A stretch of DNA of 64,000 nt, taken from assembly GCA_021613535.1 (NCBI GenBank), contig CP075496.1, positions 14,818,001 to 14,882,000 of the forward strand, in the 5' to 3' direction. Under the pieces are notes generated by a model. The model saw only the letters and a list, made by a program, of their open reading frames with translations, did not search any database and was not told the origin of the DNA. Below, in pieces: positions 51,614-64,000 of the stretch. The translations under genes and the position numbers were made by a program. Each line of letters starts with the position of its first letter. Position 1 is the first letter of the stretch. The stretch is from Adineta vaga. Its lineage: Eukaryota; Animalia; Rotifera.

Positions 51614-54600
51614 CGGCTTGTCCAGAGTAACGCACTCACGTTTTTGACAACTTTCAAACTGATTTTCTTTTCAGTAGCTAAGTGTGGGGGCTTGAAATTT
51701 GAACTGTGTGTATATATCATAGAGTAGTTTAGTTTATGTGCAACTCACATAAATGGGCTTCATTGTTAATTTTTTTTAATCAAAATACATGTCGGTAACG
51801 CAATCACAAAAAAAGTCTATGTTGATGTGACCACTATGAGAAATTCTTAAAATTCTTCTAATTGCTGCATCAATAACATATTGAATGTGCTGTAATTTAC
51901 TGAAGATAGTTTAAGTTCTCTATCGAAAAAAAATAGTTCTGAAATTTATTAAGCTTCTCAGAAATGGTAGCTTAAATATCATCGTAACGCACTCACCATT
52001 TTGGTAACGCACTCACATTCCATTCTCAACTTCTTTCTATCGTCATACAAATGACCTTTTCTTTATAGGAAAAACGCGTAATATCACTTATTTTGCTTTA
52101 TTTTCAAAATGTTTAAGTTTCACTATGTCATATGAAGTAACCAGCAACACGAGTTTTACATGAAAAAATACAATACATTATAACAGAAAGTTCAACAAAA
52201 AAATACAATTATATAGCTTAACACAAGTTCTTTTACTACTGTATATCTAAAAGAAAACTGTCCATTTCGTGGTCGAATAGTCATATAATCGACATTCGAT
52301 CACATCTGTTTGTACAACAATAACACTATGTAACTTTTGAGTATCCTTAACAGATACAGTATTTTCAAAGAAATGCTTCAATTGTTGTACTGATAAATCA
52401 ATATCTTGTTGAGTAATTTCGTCGATGATGATCACTTTGGTCTTCAACTTTGCAATATTAACGAAATCAGTAGCATTTTCACATCTTTCTTTCTTAGCTA
52501 AAATTTGTTGCCACACAAGTCGTTTAATTGTACCACCTAAACCGTCAACTACTCCTTTCCCATGACTAGTAGCAAAAAAATGCCACGAAAAACGTAAATT
52601 ATAATTATCTGACATACTTGTCAAATTTCTAAATAAATATCTTTGTTTGAATTGACTACTTGCCCCGTCGCTGAAAAATGAAATTTCTTCTAATTGTGGT
52701 AATTGTTCTTTCAATTTTTTAATAATATAATTAATGCAGCAGCTAACAAAATATTTATCATGGTTAACATTATTTGAACATAATGTAAAGGAAAAATTAA
52801 TTGATCCACACCAAGCATATGCAGTAAAAATAGAGATTGTATTAGAACTCCAATGAGCTGACTGAATTTCATCTTGTTCTTTTAAATTAAAATTTTCACT
52901 AAAATCGACCTGTACCACGACTTTTTTCTCATCGGTTGTTAATTTTGACTGTTCAAAAAAAGCACTTTGTTGTCTTTTTACGTAAACGTGTAATAAAAAA
53001 GATTTCACTTTTGAAGATAATAATTCAACACATTGTTCAACAGTTCCTTGTTGTTCTTCTTTTTTTGCATAACCATTGATATGTTTCCATTGATACCATT
53101 TCATAAAAGCACTCGAATTAATAATATTACTCTTAACATGTAAATCAAAATAGTTTTCGCAAGAAGAACAATTGGACGTCATACATTCATAGTTAGAATC
53201 ATCACAAACAAGTGCTGATATGAATGAATATATATTTGAGCAAGATGATTCATTGATATGTTTAGATAAGCTGTTTAGCAATAAATTAATATTTTCATGG
53301 TACATACATACACATATACGATGTGCCATGGAAGATTTTACTAAAACATATTCAGGTCGTATATCAGCAAAAGTAGTTCGAGCAACAGAATCACCTTAAA
53401 ATGGACTAAATTATCATTAAAATATATGAAAATAAATATTTACCAGGATATTCAGCAATAAATAACTCAAATGCTTCTCGAATACTATACAATAAAATTC
53501 GTTTCTGATAAACAACTTTATTTCCATTTTCTTTCACAGCAACTGTATCACGTTTACCGGGCATTTGATGTGATATATCATCACGACAGTAAAATGAAAT
53601 AATATTATTCTGAACATGAGTTGAAATTTTTTTAGTAAAACGTTCATGACTATCACGAGGTAAAAGACCAATTGATTGAGCAAGTGAACGAATAACAATT
53701 TTCTTTTTACCAACGTCATGTGGAAGAGCTTTTGTCACCTTTTTCATTGCTTTACTAATTGAAATTTTCGATACGGTAGAATTCCTAAACATAAAATACT
53801 TTTTTTCTCAAATATGATCAAGATAAAACGGAACATACTGTGGCTTGATTCGCTTTCGATCACGATATTTTTTTTGTTCTTTGGAATGTTTTTCATCAAA
53901 TTTTTGTTTTTCTTCTTTGGTCAAATTATGACGAATATTCTTCATACGGGCAGCATTTTTAACCTTCATTTCTTGATGTAGTCCTTTGTTCTTCAGGTTT
54001 TCACGATAACGTTTTTGTTTTTGAGCAGCTGTCAAAGCCATTGTACTATTTGTTAACACAAAAAATATATTAATATAGTTTATACTAGTAAATAATTATT
54101 TCGTTTCTTATAAAATCTGAAATAAAGGACACTAGATAAATGATAATTGCGTGAGTGCGTTACCATTTTTTTCTTCATTTGGTTTAGATAAACCATATCA
54201 AATAGGTTTCTCAGGTACCCCTTTCAAAGTTAGAGGAGCTTTATAAATTTCGCTTAAAATAATGAAGCTGTTTGTTTGCTGGAAAAACTACAAACCCTTT
54301 TTGGTAACGCACTCACCCGAGAATTTATCAAGTTTTTAGTACTTTCATTTTTTTTCTTTCACAAATACTTTACTAGGTATTATATATACTGAGGGATGGT
54401 CCAAGTCTTGAACATCGAAAATATATAACACACTTTAATCTATAGCTTTTCGTAGATTATTTTTGCTACATTTTTTGTATTGAGATAAATATGACTAAAT
54501 ACGTTAGAGAAAGGTGTCGCTAATGTACGGCCATTTATTTTTTGGTTTTTGATACAAAGACATAGAGTGAAATACATTTTCGTATACAGAAAAATGTGCT

Positions 54601-54681
54601 CTACAAAATAGTATAAAATATTTCACAAAGTTTTCGACTTCTACTTTAATCATATGAGAGAGCCGTTAGGCGGACAAGCCG
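51614..54681 (-). mobile_element. Full-length Sola2-type DNA transposon
   Basis: TIR CGGCTTGTCC...GGACAAGCCG, 4-bp TSD TAAA (51610-51613 and 54682-54685), and six GTAACGCA(C/A)TCAC subterminal repeats. Confidence 0.88.
52247..54041 (-). CDS. Sola2-type DDD transposase, 3 exons, apparently intact
   Basis: MALTAAQKQKRYR..; introns near 53840-53785 and 53443-53396 join in frame. Motifs CVCMYHEN, VDFSENF..QDEIQSAHW, FSDGASSQFK and FFATSHGKGVVDGLGGTIKR. Confidence 0.85.
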
Positions 54682-55347
54682 TAAAGTGATATTCATTTGC
54701 ATAGTTTAGTGCATGTTTGGAAATTTTAATTGAATTAGCATAACTATTATTTTTCATTAGAAAGTTGATTATAGTTAGTGTTATTATGAATTGAACTAGC
54801 TAATATTCTCAAAAGTGGTAAAACTTCTCGATAATCGTTATCATTGCTATCATTACTATATTCGCCACTTCTTGACTTATGAGAACGAGGTATCTACTAT
54901 TGGCAATGAATATGTTTATTAACTTCATTGTTTGATCCAAATCGTTGTACTTCACTTGTTCCCGTTCGTTTTATTGAGGCTGAAATATGACTTTGTTGCT
55001 GCATATTGAATTGATCAATTCTTGTTTGAATCTAATCAACTTTGCACAGCCATCTTTCACACTACTTTTCATGTTAACATAACTATCATAAGACATAATT
55101 AGTGATTAGTTTATTATAAATAAATAAATAAACAATATAAATTGTTCTTACCGATCTTCCGTAAGTTATAACTATACAGGCCAAAAGAACACCAGCAAGA
55201 GAATTACGTCTATATTGTAGCTATGAAAAGGAACGAATGTTGGAAAATTAGTTTTTTCAACTTGATCATATTGAAATATTTTCATTAAAAACTTTCTTTC
55301 CAAATCATTAGTTCAATGTTAATTTTTTAATCTACTCAAGAGATTAA

Positions 55348-58300
55348 CTCTTTCAGGACGGGATTATTCTTCGCGAAAAAAAACGGACGAAAAATAAAAG
55401 TTAAGGATCGCTTTATTCTTTTTTTTATTCAAGTTTATTAATATGCTTGCAGTGTATGATACTCACATAAATCTACATTACAGTCTGAACATTCATACTT
55501 GGCAAGAGAACTATTTTTAGATCGTTTGCTAGTCGTGCTGCAGACAATGCATCTTCGTGATCCTCCGCCAGCTAGCGATGAAACACGACGAACCGTTGGT
55601 CGCAATAGTATGTTAGCAGACGGTCGACCTCTTCTTGTATTCCGTTGAGTACTATATTTGTTAAAGATCTGTCGAATTGCTTGTAGACAAAAGATAGTGA
55701 ACTCAGGATTTACGTTGTTTCTTTTCCTTGTACAATATGTAAGTATTTAACGTCAATAAATTGAGCAGACGGAAAAGAGCTTCTTATACCACTTGATCGT
55801 TTTGCGAACACATTCTGAAAAATTAATTTGCATATCGGACTTATCCACTAAGCCCATATTTCCGTTGTAGTCTTTGATGCAATGAAGTCTTGCTATTGGT
55901 TTGTTCGCTGCACGGCCAGTTTTGTTAGTTAGTATCATATCTGTTACAAGCATTGTGGATAGCATGTGAACATCGCGCTTATCACGCCATTTCAATGCAA
56001 GTAATATATATGTATGTTGAAACGTTTGTTTATCGTTTTGCAACTTCGAAGGGAATGTAGGCAGACCAGCTTTGTTGCTCCTAACAGTTCCATAAACACC
56101 TGTTCGTCTATAGTGCAGCTTTTCGAATTTGATTTATTTATAGATCCTTACCGTCTCCGGTGTTGAGTGGGAAACATGATGCACAAAAAGATAATAACCC
56201 AGGTGAATCAATCTTAACTAACGGATTCCGACTCGGATTGCATCGGAATCCGACAGAGTCCGACGGGATATCGAGAAGAAAAGAAAAAAACAAAAACAAA
56301 CAAGAAGTAGAAAAAGAAAAAGAGTCTTTTGTATTCATTCGACGAGAATCATGTAGATACAATTAGAATTATACCCAGAAACTTCTATCAATCTATTATC
56401 CTCTGATAAAATTAGTTTACATAATAGTCATCGTACTGGCTTAGGTTAATTATAATGGGTGTATTACAATCACTTACACCATTTTGTTAAGTAATTTTGT
56501 GTTTCTTGCAGTACGTTTTTGCTTTTTTACATGATTTTGTATGATTTGTTATTCAGTTTACTTTGAAAAATTTGTTACAACCTGAACATTTATATCGATT
56601 ATTTTCCTTCGTTAATATTTTTGTAACTTTTCTTTTGACTATACCCATCGATGCATCTAGTTCCATCTTTCTTCTTTTAATTGCACGCTTTTTATATTCA
56701 TAAACAATGTTCTTAATATTCTTATGTATTGGTTTGACATGTACATATCTGTTAATTGTTTCTCGCCATTGACTTCTGTCTAAAGTCAATCTTCTCCAGT
56801 TTTCAATATGTAGCTCTTCAATATCTTTGAGGACTTTGTCCTCCCAACGCATACTTCTTCCCATATTACTAGGTCGTTTCTCATCATGAAAATATGCGAA
56901 CATGGCCATTTTCATTAATGATGGGGAATCATCATGGTTCATAGATCAATTTAGGTATCCAAACCATCTCAGTCTATTCCTCCGTATAATATTTGTAATC
57001 GAAGGTTGTCCTGTAATATCTAATAATGTGTCATTGGATGGACGATCGCTTAGATTTACTCCTATAATCATCCGTCAGCATCTGTTATAAAATGTGCTGA
57101 TTCTTGGATTTCCATCAATTCTTTATGATATTTTTCAAAATTCATTAAAATCATGAAATTTTGCATTTTTTGGATTCCGTCGGATTCCATAGAATTCCAG
57201 GAATCTAGGATTCCGCTCTTTCCCCCTTGTTAAAAGCTCTGGCAGCTTTTACTAGTCATGCTGATACCTCAGTGTCATGTTGTTGATCTTTGGTAATAGT
57301 GCAACTCAGATATGTGAAAGAGTCAACTGTTTCTATTTGTTCGTTTCTTATGTTTATGTCTATATTACCATGGTTGACATTTTGTCCTTTGAGCAATTGG
57401 TGATGCCGATATTCTTTGAGTTGTTGCAGCGACATCAAACATGTTTTCTTGATACTCATAGTCAAGCCCATCTGCATTTCCCAATGCCAATATGTCGAAT
57501 ATTTCGTGTTTCTCATTTTTCCCCGTGGAAGAAGTCATTGCTGCCGTGCGAAAATTTCGCCCGGAGACAGCAGCGATTGACTACCTGCAGACGGAGCTTT
57601 TCGAATAGAATAGGATTTGTGTACCAATTATCGGTGAAAATTAGATGACCTTTGTCTAAATAGCTATTCACTAGAGTCATAACAACTGAACCAGAAATTC
57701 CTAATTCTTTGTTCAATTTAACCTCTGGCTGCGGGCCCGCATAGATAATAAAATCCATAATGAAACCAGTGTGACAGTCGCATAAAATAAATAACTTCAC
57801 ACCGAAATGATGTCGTTTTGACGTTATATATTGTTTGAAATTCAAACGTCTTTTCTATAACATGAGGCTTTCATCAGTACACAAGTTTCTGTACGGTCTG
57901 ATGCAGAGTTTGAATTTCTTTCTGAAATGATCAAGAAGTGGTTTCTATGCGATGGATCGCCACTTTGGTGTTGTTGGTTGTCATTGAAATGTAAAAATTT
58001 CAATATTACCAGAAAGAGATTTCTAGTGAATATCTGAGCGAACATTGAAGTAGAGATAAGCTGATCTGTAGACCACTAGTCTTTTATCTGATTCTTTTTC
58101 GTATGAACCCTAAGCATCACGATGGCTAGAAATCAATACATTTCAGGAATATTTGCGTCCCTCCGTCGCCACTGATGAGATATAGAAGTATCTGTAATAC
58201 TTGTTTTTGAAAGTGATTGATATTTGTTTATTCCATTTACTATTTATTCTAATATGGTTTGATCGAATAATACTTCAAAAAGTTTCATGGAGATTCTTTC

Positions 58301-59001
58301 CGAGTCAGATATTTCCGAATTGATGCCCGTCTCGGCAGTGAAGTCAAAAAGATGAGGTGTAAAATATTTAGATTTCAGGATCTATTTCGCGCAGATGAGT
58401 AATCTTCATCATCAGATTCATCGTTGCTGAAATCACCAACAAAATAGCTGCCCCTGTCGTACTCGATAGTCATATGAAGTTCATTCACTTCTGTATTTTG
58501 TCTATGTTTGGATGCAGCCATAGTTTGTTCAAATAGCAACAAGATGAACCAGACGAAATATATGATAATATCAAATAATCGATCAATAATCAGTAAGTCA
58601 AAAAGTTTCACATGATAGATGTATACACACCAGTGTATGGAAAGAAAAGAACTCAGCGGAAAATGCGAGAACCAACAGACAAAACATGACTCATGCAGAA
58701 ATAAAAAGAAAGAAAGATGATGTGCAAATGATGACATCATCTAAAACTACTTTTGTTTGCGTTATGATCACAAACATGTGACAAAGGAGAAAAAATCAGA
58801 ATGATAGTGTTACGGACTGGTGCAGAACAAAGAAAGAAAGATAGAAAAGTCAGGACTGATCGCGAAAATAACATTAGGTATATATCATTATAGAAAGTAC
58901 ACTAAGGCGTATAAATAGCTATTCCTGATCATCAATGACTAACGTCTTTCTGTTTCAAAAACTATCAGTAGTCACTATAGTGGCCATCCGTTCTGAAAGG
59001 G
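55348..59001 (-). mobile_element. piggyBac transposon with decayed transposase
   Basis: TTAA flanks; TIR CTCTTTCAGGACGG / CCGTTCTGAAAGGG. Fragments FKQYITSKRHHFGVKLFILCD, FTDNWYT, WRDKRDVHMLST, YNGNMGLVDKSD and KWYKKLF, plus a Cys-rich C-terminus; frameshifted. Confidence 0.9.
56129..57594 (-). mobile_element. Internally deleted RTE-like non-LTR retrotransposon nested in the piggyBac
   Basis: 12-bp TSD AGCTTTTCGAAT (56117-56128 and 57595-57606). RT C-terminal motifs IETVDSFTYLSC, RRNRLRWFG and RWEDKVLKD..WRRLTLDRSQWR, then CSGC; (TAAA)n-like 3' end. Confidence 0.82.
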
Positions 59002-62000
59002 TTAAAGCTACTCGGGAAAGACTAAATCCTTGTAAAATTAATGGTGGAATTTCATAGCTTTTTTCATATCCTGTGCGTCAGAGATTTTTCTGAAGTTCGA
59101 TTGTTGTTTGTTGGTGATTGTTGTTGTTGTTGGTTTAGTAGCGATTCGTTGAGGTTATTAAGATCATCAGAACCTGAATGTCCATAATCCATAACCATTT
59201 GAGCACTTTTAACTGTCTTGTGATCATTCATATTGGTCAGAATAAACTAAAATCGAATACAAAATTCACACGTGTGGAAACACCTGACTGAAAATATGTA
59301 CTTGAAAAGTAAACGGCTTAGTAAAAAGATGAAAGAAGAAGAATGAGAAAACGTCTAATCAATAGTCGTGCAGAACTAAAGTGATATTTTGCTAAAAACA
59401 CTTTTTCTTAAATACTAAAATCTGAGTGAGATATACGCAAAATACTGAGAGGCCCATTTAATCTGCGCAACCTGATATGTTAACAGATTACGTATGCTAT
59501 TGCCTTGTACCGAGCTCATATTTCGAATTTATGTGCTAGTGTTGAGTTGAATATCGGAACAGCCAGCCATCTGTCCTCTGCGCTGGGGAAGGTTCAAAAT
59601 CAGTAATTTATAGGAAAAAAGTGTTTTTATTGAGAACATGCCCTTGACATATTATTAAGCTTGTTCAGCATTCCAAGTTACGCAGGTGACATACAAAATC
59701 AGTATAGTTTTTTTTGTTAGAGTTTATAAACACGAATAGATCCAAAATTTAACTGTTTAACAATTTTAACTTTTCATTTTTGTCAAAATAATGATTGAAA
59801 TTTTCAATGAAATTTTGAACTGAAGATGAAAATAAACTAATCGATTTATAGAATACAACAGAATTAATCGTTATACAAGAAAAAAGGTTAGATTTTATAA
59901 TTAAAAGTATCATAGAAATGGCACTAAACTATCCTGCGTGGAAAATGAGAAAATTGGTGAAATTCCGTAACGAACAATGTTTTTTAAACAACTTCGATAT
60001 GGCTTGCGATAACTCAGTGAAATTTTCAGCGTCGGTAGAGCTAGTTAGTCTGCATATATGCCCATAATTTCAGGAGGATCTCTCCTTTTATTTAGGAGAT
60101 ATTTATGATTTAGCTATTGTTACCGATAATACTTCTTGACCGTGTTCTGGAGCAACAACTGTAGCTGCTACTAATGTTAATGAGTCAGTATCTTTTTCTG
60201 CTTTAAATTCGATGGACATTTATGATCGCTCTGAAGCTAGGACGACGAGTTGAAATAAATTCCAACTCCTGAACTATACATTGCCGGAGGATGGGGACTA
60301 TGTGAGGGAGTAGTGAATAGCTATGTGAGCACAATGATGTAGTCTGTAGTCTCGGGCAATGTATTGTTCAGGAGTTGGAGCATATTTAAATCCGTGGTAC
60401 TAGCTCCTCGTCGTGCTAGTCTCCCATCGATACATTTTTGGTACTAGTTCAACAGACGCATACGATTCTATGCAAGTGTACCCTAGAGAGCTCAATGTAA
60501 CTGTTAGTGATAGTAGAAAATTTCTCAATGTTTACGCAAGTGTGACTATCTCGCTTGATGCTAACAATGTGATGGTTTTCACAGATCCATCAAGATGCTC
60601 GTCGACTGTTATTCTAACGACTACGGATGGGGCGTGATCTATGTTTGTGCTTTTAGTGTAATTCACGCAGTTGCACCATTTAATGGCGCAATATAGTACT
60701 GAGGAACCAAAAGAAAAGACATACATGGCAAGCTTGAAACTTATATTCAGTTGAAAAGAAGAATTTCGTTTGAAACTTGGCACTGACTATTTCGGATTAA
60801 ACTGTCAAATTGAAATGTTCAAGAGCGCGGGTGAGGGTGCAAAATGGTATTATCACATTGACGGTGGGCGGAGGTAGCGTTGTAGGATCAATAGATTGAG
60901 AGTGAGGGTGTATGTGGATTCGAATATTTTATTGAGAATTTTCAGCAGGTGCTAGCGTAAATATGTCGCAGTCGGAAAAATGTCTTGTTAGTAAAGGTGT
61001 GAAGTTGAGAGCACGAAGTGCCCTCGAGACTTGAAGATTTCAATTGAAATAATTCTTAAAGATAATATCATTTGAAACTTGAATTAAAACGTTTCAATCG
61101 CAGTAAGAATTTTCTATTGAATTCAAGTTTCAAGTTCTACACTTAGGGGTGGGATATTTACGTTTATTTAAAATAAACGTTAACAGAATCCGTTAATTAG
61201 CTCGCGTTAAATTAAATGGCCCATCCCTCTTCGACACTACTACAGTTACTGGGACTTATTTCTTGGGGATTTATTAGGATTTTTTAACAAATCCCACATG
61301 ATTTCTGAGGGCGAACACGAGGAGTAGAATCAATGATGAGGGTGCGCTAGAATTATTCTGTAGCTAATAAGTGCAAATAAATCCTCATGAAATAAATAAA
61401 TACTCTGTGAAGAGTGAATCTCAAAAAAATAAATCCCGGTATCTTCTCTTCTTGCACTTACCATAGAACATTCATTCTCGATCTTGTTTCTGACACTCAT
61501 ACGCACCCACACGCCTATTTATCTTTATTCTTCACAATCCCACTCATTCGAATTTACTATTACACATGCATAAAAAACTAGAGACATGTTCTATGTGTGA
61601 GTTCATATGCTTGTTTCTTCCAAGTTTTGTGACATCAAATGTAGAATGCATGTCTTCTCCATGTAGATGTTGTGTATGCTTTCCATTTTTTTCTAAATTT
61701 GGTGATTGTCAATGGGTATGTTTTCATATGTATTGTCAGATGATGTAATGAGACAAGTGTATGAAGCATTAATTATGTTGCGTTCATTAGTCTATGTGAA
61801 CAGCGTGCATAATGTTCGAAGTAATGATACACCAGTAGTCTAATTTATTTCCAGAAACAGGTTTGATTCGTACGATGCATTGAGAAATGACAGTCACAGA
61901 TGAATGGCTTTACAATTATCCTAGAAAACATGGTATGGTAAAGTTCATTGTATTATCTATGTGAATAAATATAATTAGAGTAAGAATATGGAAAAACCGA

Positions 62001-63884
62001 CATTCTTTCATATCATATGGCCACGTCAATCTGCTTTATTCCGATTGAAATGTGACGCATATAGACCCACACAAAATACTTTACTTATTAGAGTTCTGTC
62101 TCTACATTGTATGACTTTTTACAAATAAATTCTATAAAACTAATTTCAAATGGTTAGTAATCGTTCTGCTTGTCTAGAAAATTCAGGTTGGATATTATGT
62201 CCATCTTTCGGTCCAATTTCGGAATTTAAAGAGTGTACATCAATGAAACCAAACAACTTATTGTTTTCTGAACTATGTAATAAAGGATAATCTGAGAAAA
62301 TGATAGCATACAGTTTATTTAATACTTTCGGGGGATGATGTAATCTTGAAGAGTTTGGAAAAAATGTTTTTCCTAGATTAAACTCAAATGCAAAGAGATT
62401 TACGAAACAAATTTTATAGGTTGAATTAATGATTCGTAATTAGTGTACTTCCATGAAAAAGATGAGCATAAATATCTGAGAAAAACCTGCTACTCGAAGA
62501 CATGTTCCGAAAACATTTTATTTTTATTGCTGACTAACGTTCGTAACGTAGAGTATGGACCATTAGTGAGCAATATCATCGTTAAAGGGCTAACGAAGAT
62601 TGGAATTTATACTACAAATTATACAAAATTCTTCCGATCGTTATAACAATTTTTAATATTCTGATGCAAACCGAATCACTCTTGGTTTTGTCGAAAGGAA
62701 ATCCGAAGAACTTTTACGAAGTTCGCAGGATGATGTAAGAAAACTTTTGTGCATTTTCTGCTTATTATGGTACTATGGAAAGACTCTTCTAAAATACGCG
62801 TGCAACAAGATAGAAGAAAATACTTCAGCTTTTATGATATTGTTAAAATATTATGATTAATATTGAAAAAGAGAAAAGTAAAAAGCTAGGAAGGTCAGAG
62901 TAACTAAATGCCTGATTATGTGTAGGGCGAGATGTTAATTTTCTAGTTCTTCTCATACATGTTCATTTTTTCTAACAGTTCTTATTATTCACTTTAGTGT
63001 GGTGATTCAGCTTATGAAAGGATAGAAGTATCGACAAGTGAACAATTGTGCGTTGCATGTTGGACCATTTCATCAGCGCGAAATTTCAAAGAATATGATG
63101 TTCAATGTGAGTGTGTCCATATCAGGGTGGACTTTTACTTACCTGTATATGAATACACAGATAAAAAAGTTAGGTATTGAAACATTTTTCATACTCGATA
63201 TCATAAGAAATCCCCCTCATCGTATGACCACTTTCAAGAGCCACTTTAATAGACCTACCGCACAGAAAAGGACACATATATGGCACAAGCTGACTGAAAA
63301 CCTCGATTCTTCCTTCCTCCTTTTTCAAAGCGAAAAATAAACTTCTTAGGTACACGTTCTAATTATAAATACCTTTGCCATATTTTAACATAATTTAACA
63401 GATATAGTTGCACATATCTTCATGTAGAACTATCTTTTAATCATATGGCATTCTCCCGTAAATGACATAATATCAATCCTTCACAAAATAGCCTTCTGCA
63501 ACTTCATTCCTTGCTCCAAAGAACGTACCTCATAAAGACGGCGCATCTATACTTATTATTCTTGCTATTTCATGAATGTGAACTATATTAGCACAGGGTG
63601 CAATAAACTACAACGCTCCACCGCATCATACAAAACTTCTAGTTGACTATTTATGAATAGCATCCACGTTTTTCACAAAAACATGTGTCTTATCCTCTGA
63701 ATATTATACTAGGATATCTATAAATGTTGGCTTACCTTGTTTTAGTCGGTACTACAATGAAGTTGACTGCCGTTTGATTTGCATCTTCAAACCATGTTAG
63801 TCAGTTGTTACGTTCTTGTTCGCTAATATCCATGAAAAGCACAAATCGAAAACCAAACTGTTCTGTTCAATTGCTTAGACGCTA

Positions 63885-64000
63885 TTAGTACAAGAGCCTT
63901 AGTTCCACCAACACTAGTGCCTCGATAGTGTTCTACCCGTGGTTTGATTTATGTTAGTACAAGAGCCTTAGTTCCACCAACACTAGTGCCTCGATAGTGT
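63885..64000. repeat. Direct/tandem repeat with a 69-bp period, running off the window end
   Basis: TTAGTACAAGAGCCTTAGTTCCACCAACACTAGTGCCTCGATAGTGT at 63885 and 63954. Confidence 0.85.

Larger units (their letters stand above)
51200..55080 (-). pseudogene. Degenerate gag-like ORF1 of a non-LTR retroelement, interrupted by the Sola2 element
   Basis: Degenerate zinc knuckles (ICRRFNHPGHSKKNC..ICRRFGG..H..CTIKCHH). Removing Sola2 plus one TSD restores the frame HALNYANEYHFTPFKITCHPK. Ends approximate. Confidence 0.55.

Noticed and set aside
60100-63400. Coding-like stretches and short ORFs
   Set aside because: Interrupted, with no recognisable motif; probably decayed TE or gene remnants.
63885-64000. 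CRISPR-like repeat-spacer pattern
   Set aside because: Only two copies, eukaryotic context, and no cas genes.

Overview
AT-rich, intron-rich eukaryotic DNA with many ~50-60 nt GT-AG introns. The gene content (intron-containing NRPS, bacterial/fungal-type hydrolases, class A GPCRs, NHL and kelch repeats, a SecA-like helicase) and TGTGGG/TGAGGG motifs point to a bdelloid rotifer; this is an inference. The left half (1-31.7 kb) holds an eEF2 pseudogene, a small bacterial-like ORF, an HSL-family esterase, a full ABCB/P-glycoprotein, a dienelactone hydrolase, an NHL pseudogene, an 890-bp inverted duplication carrying two identical Cys-rich secreted peptide genes, two GPCRs and a truncated SecA-like pseudogene. 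The right half is visibly more GC-rich and transposon-dense. It holds a 7-exon, 2071-aa NRPS (T-C*-A-T-C-A*-T*) and, 6.4 kb upstream on the same strand, a bacterial-type PLP-dependent amino-acid decarboxylase; together they form a candidate animal biosynthetic cluster for an aminoacyl-amine. It also holds several MITEs, a mariner relic, an apparently intact Sola2 transposon and a piggyBac carrying a nested RTE retroposon. A second candidate system is a family of about 10 short telomere-repeat-like hairpins (ATCTTGAGGGTGTGGG...CCCACACCCTCAAGAT) with unique spacers and no TSD, two of which sit exactly at gene deletion or truncation junctions. Family assignments come from recognised motifs, not database searches.
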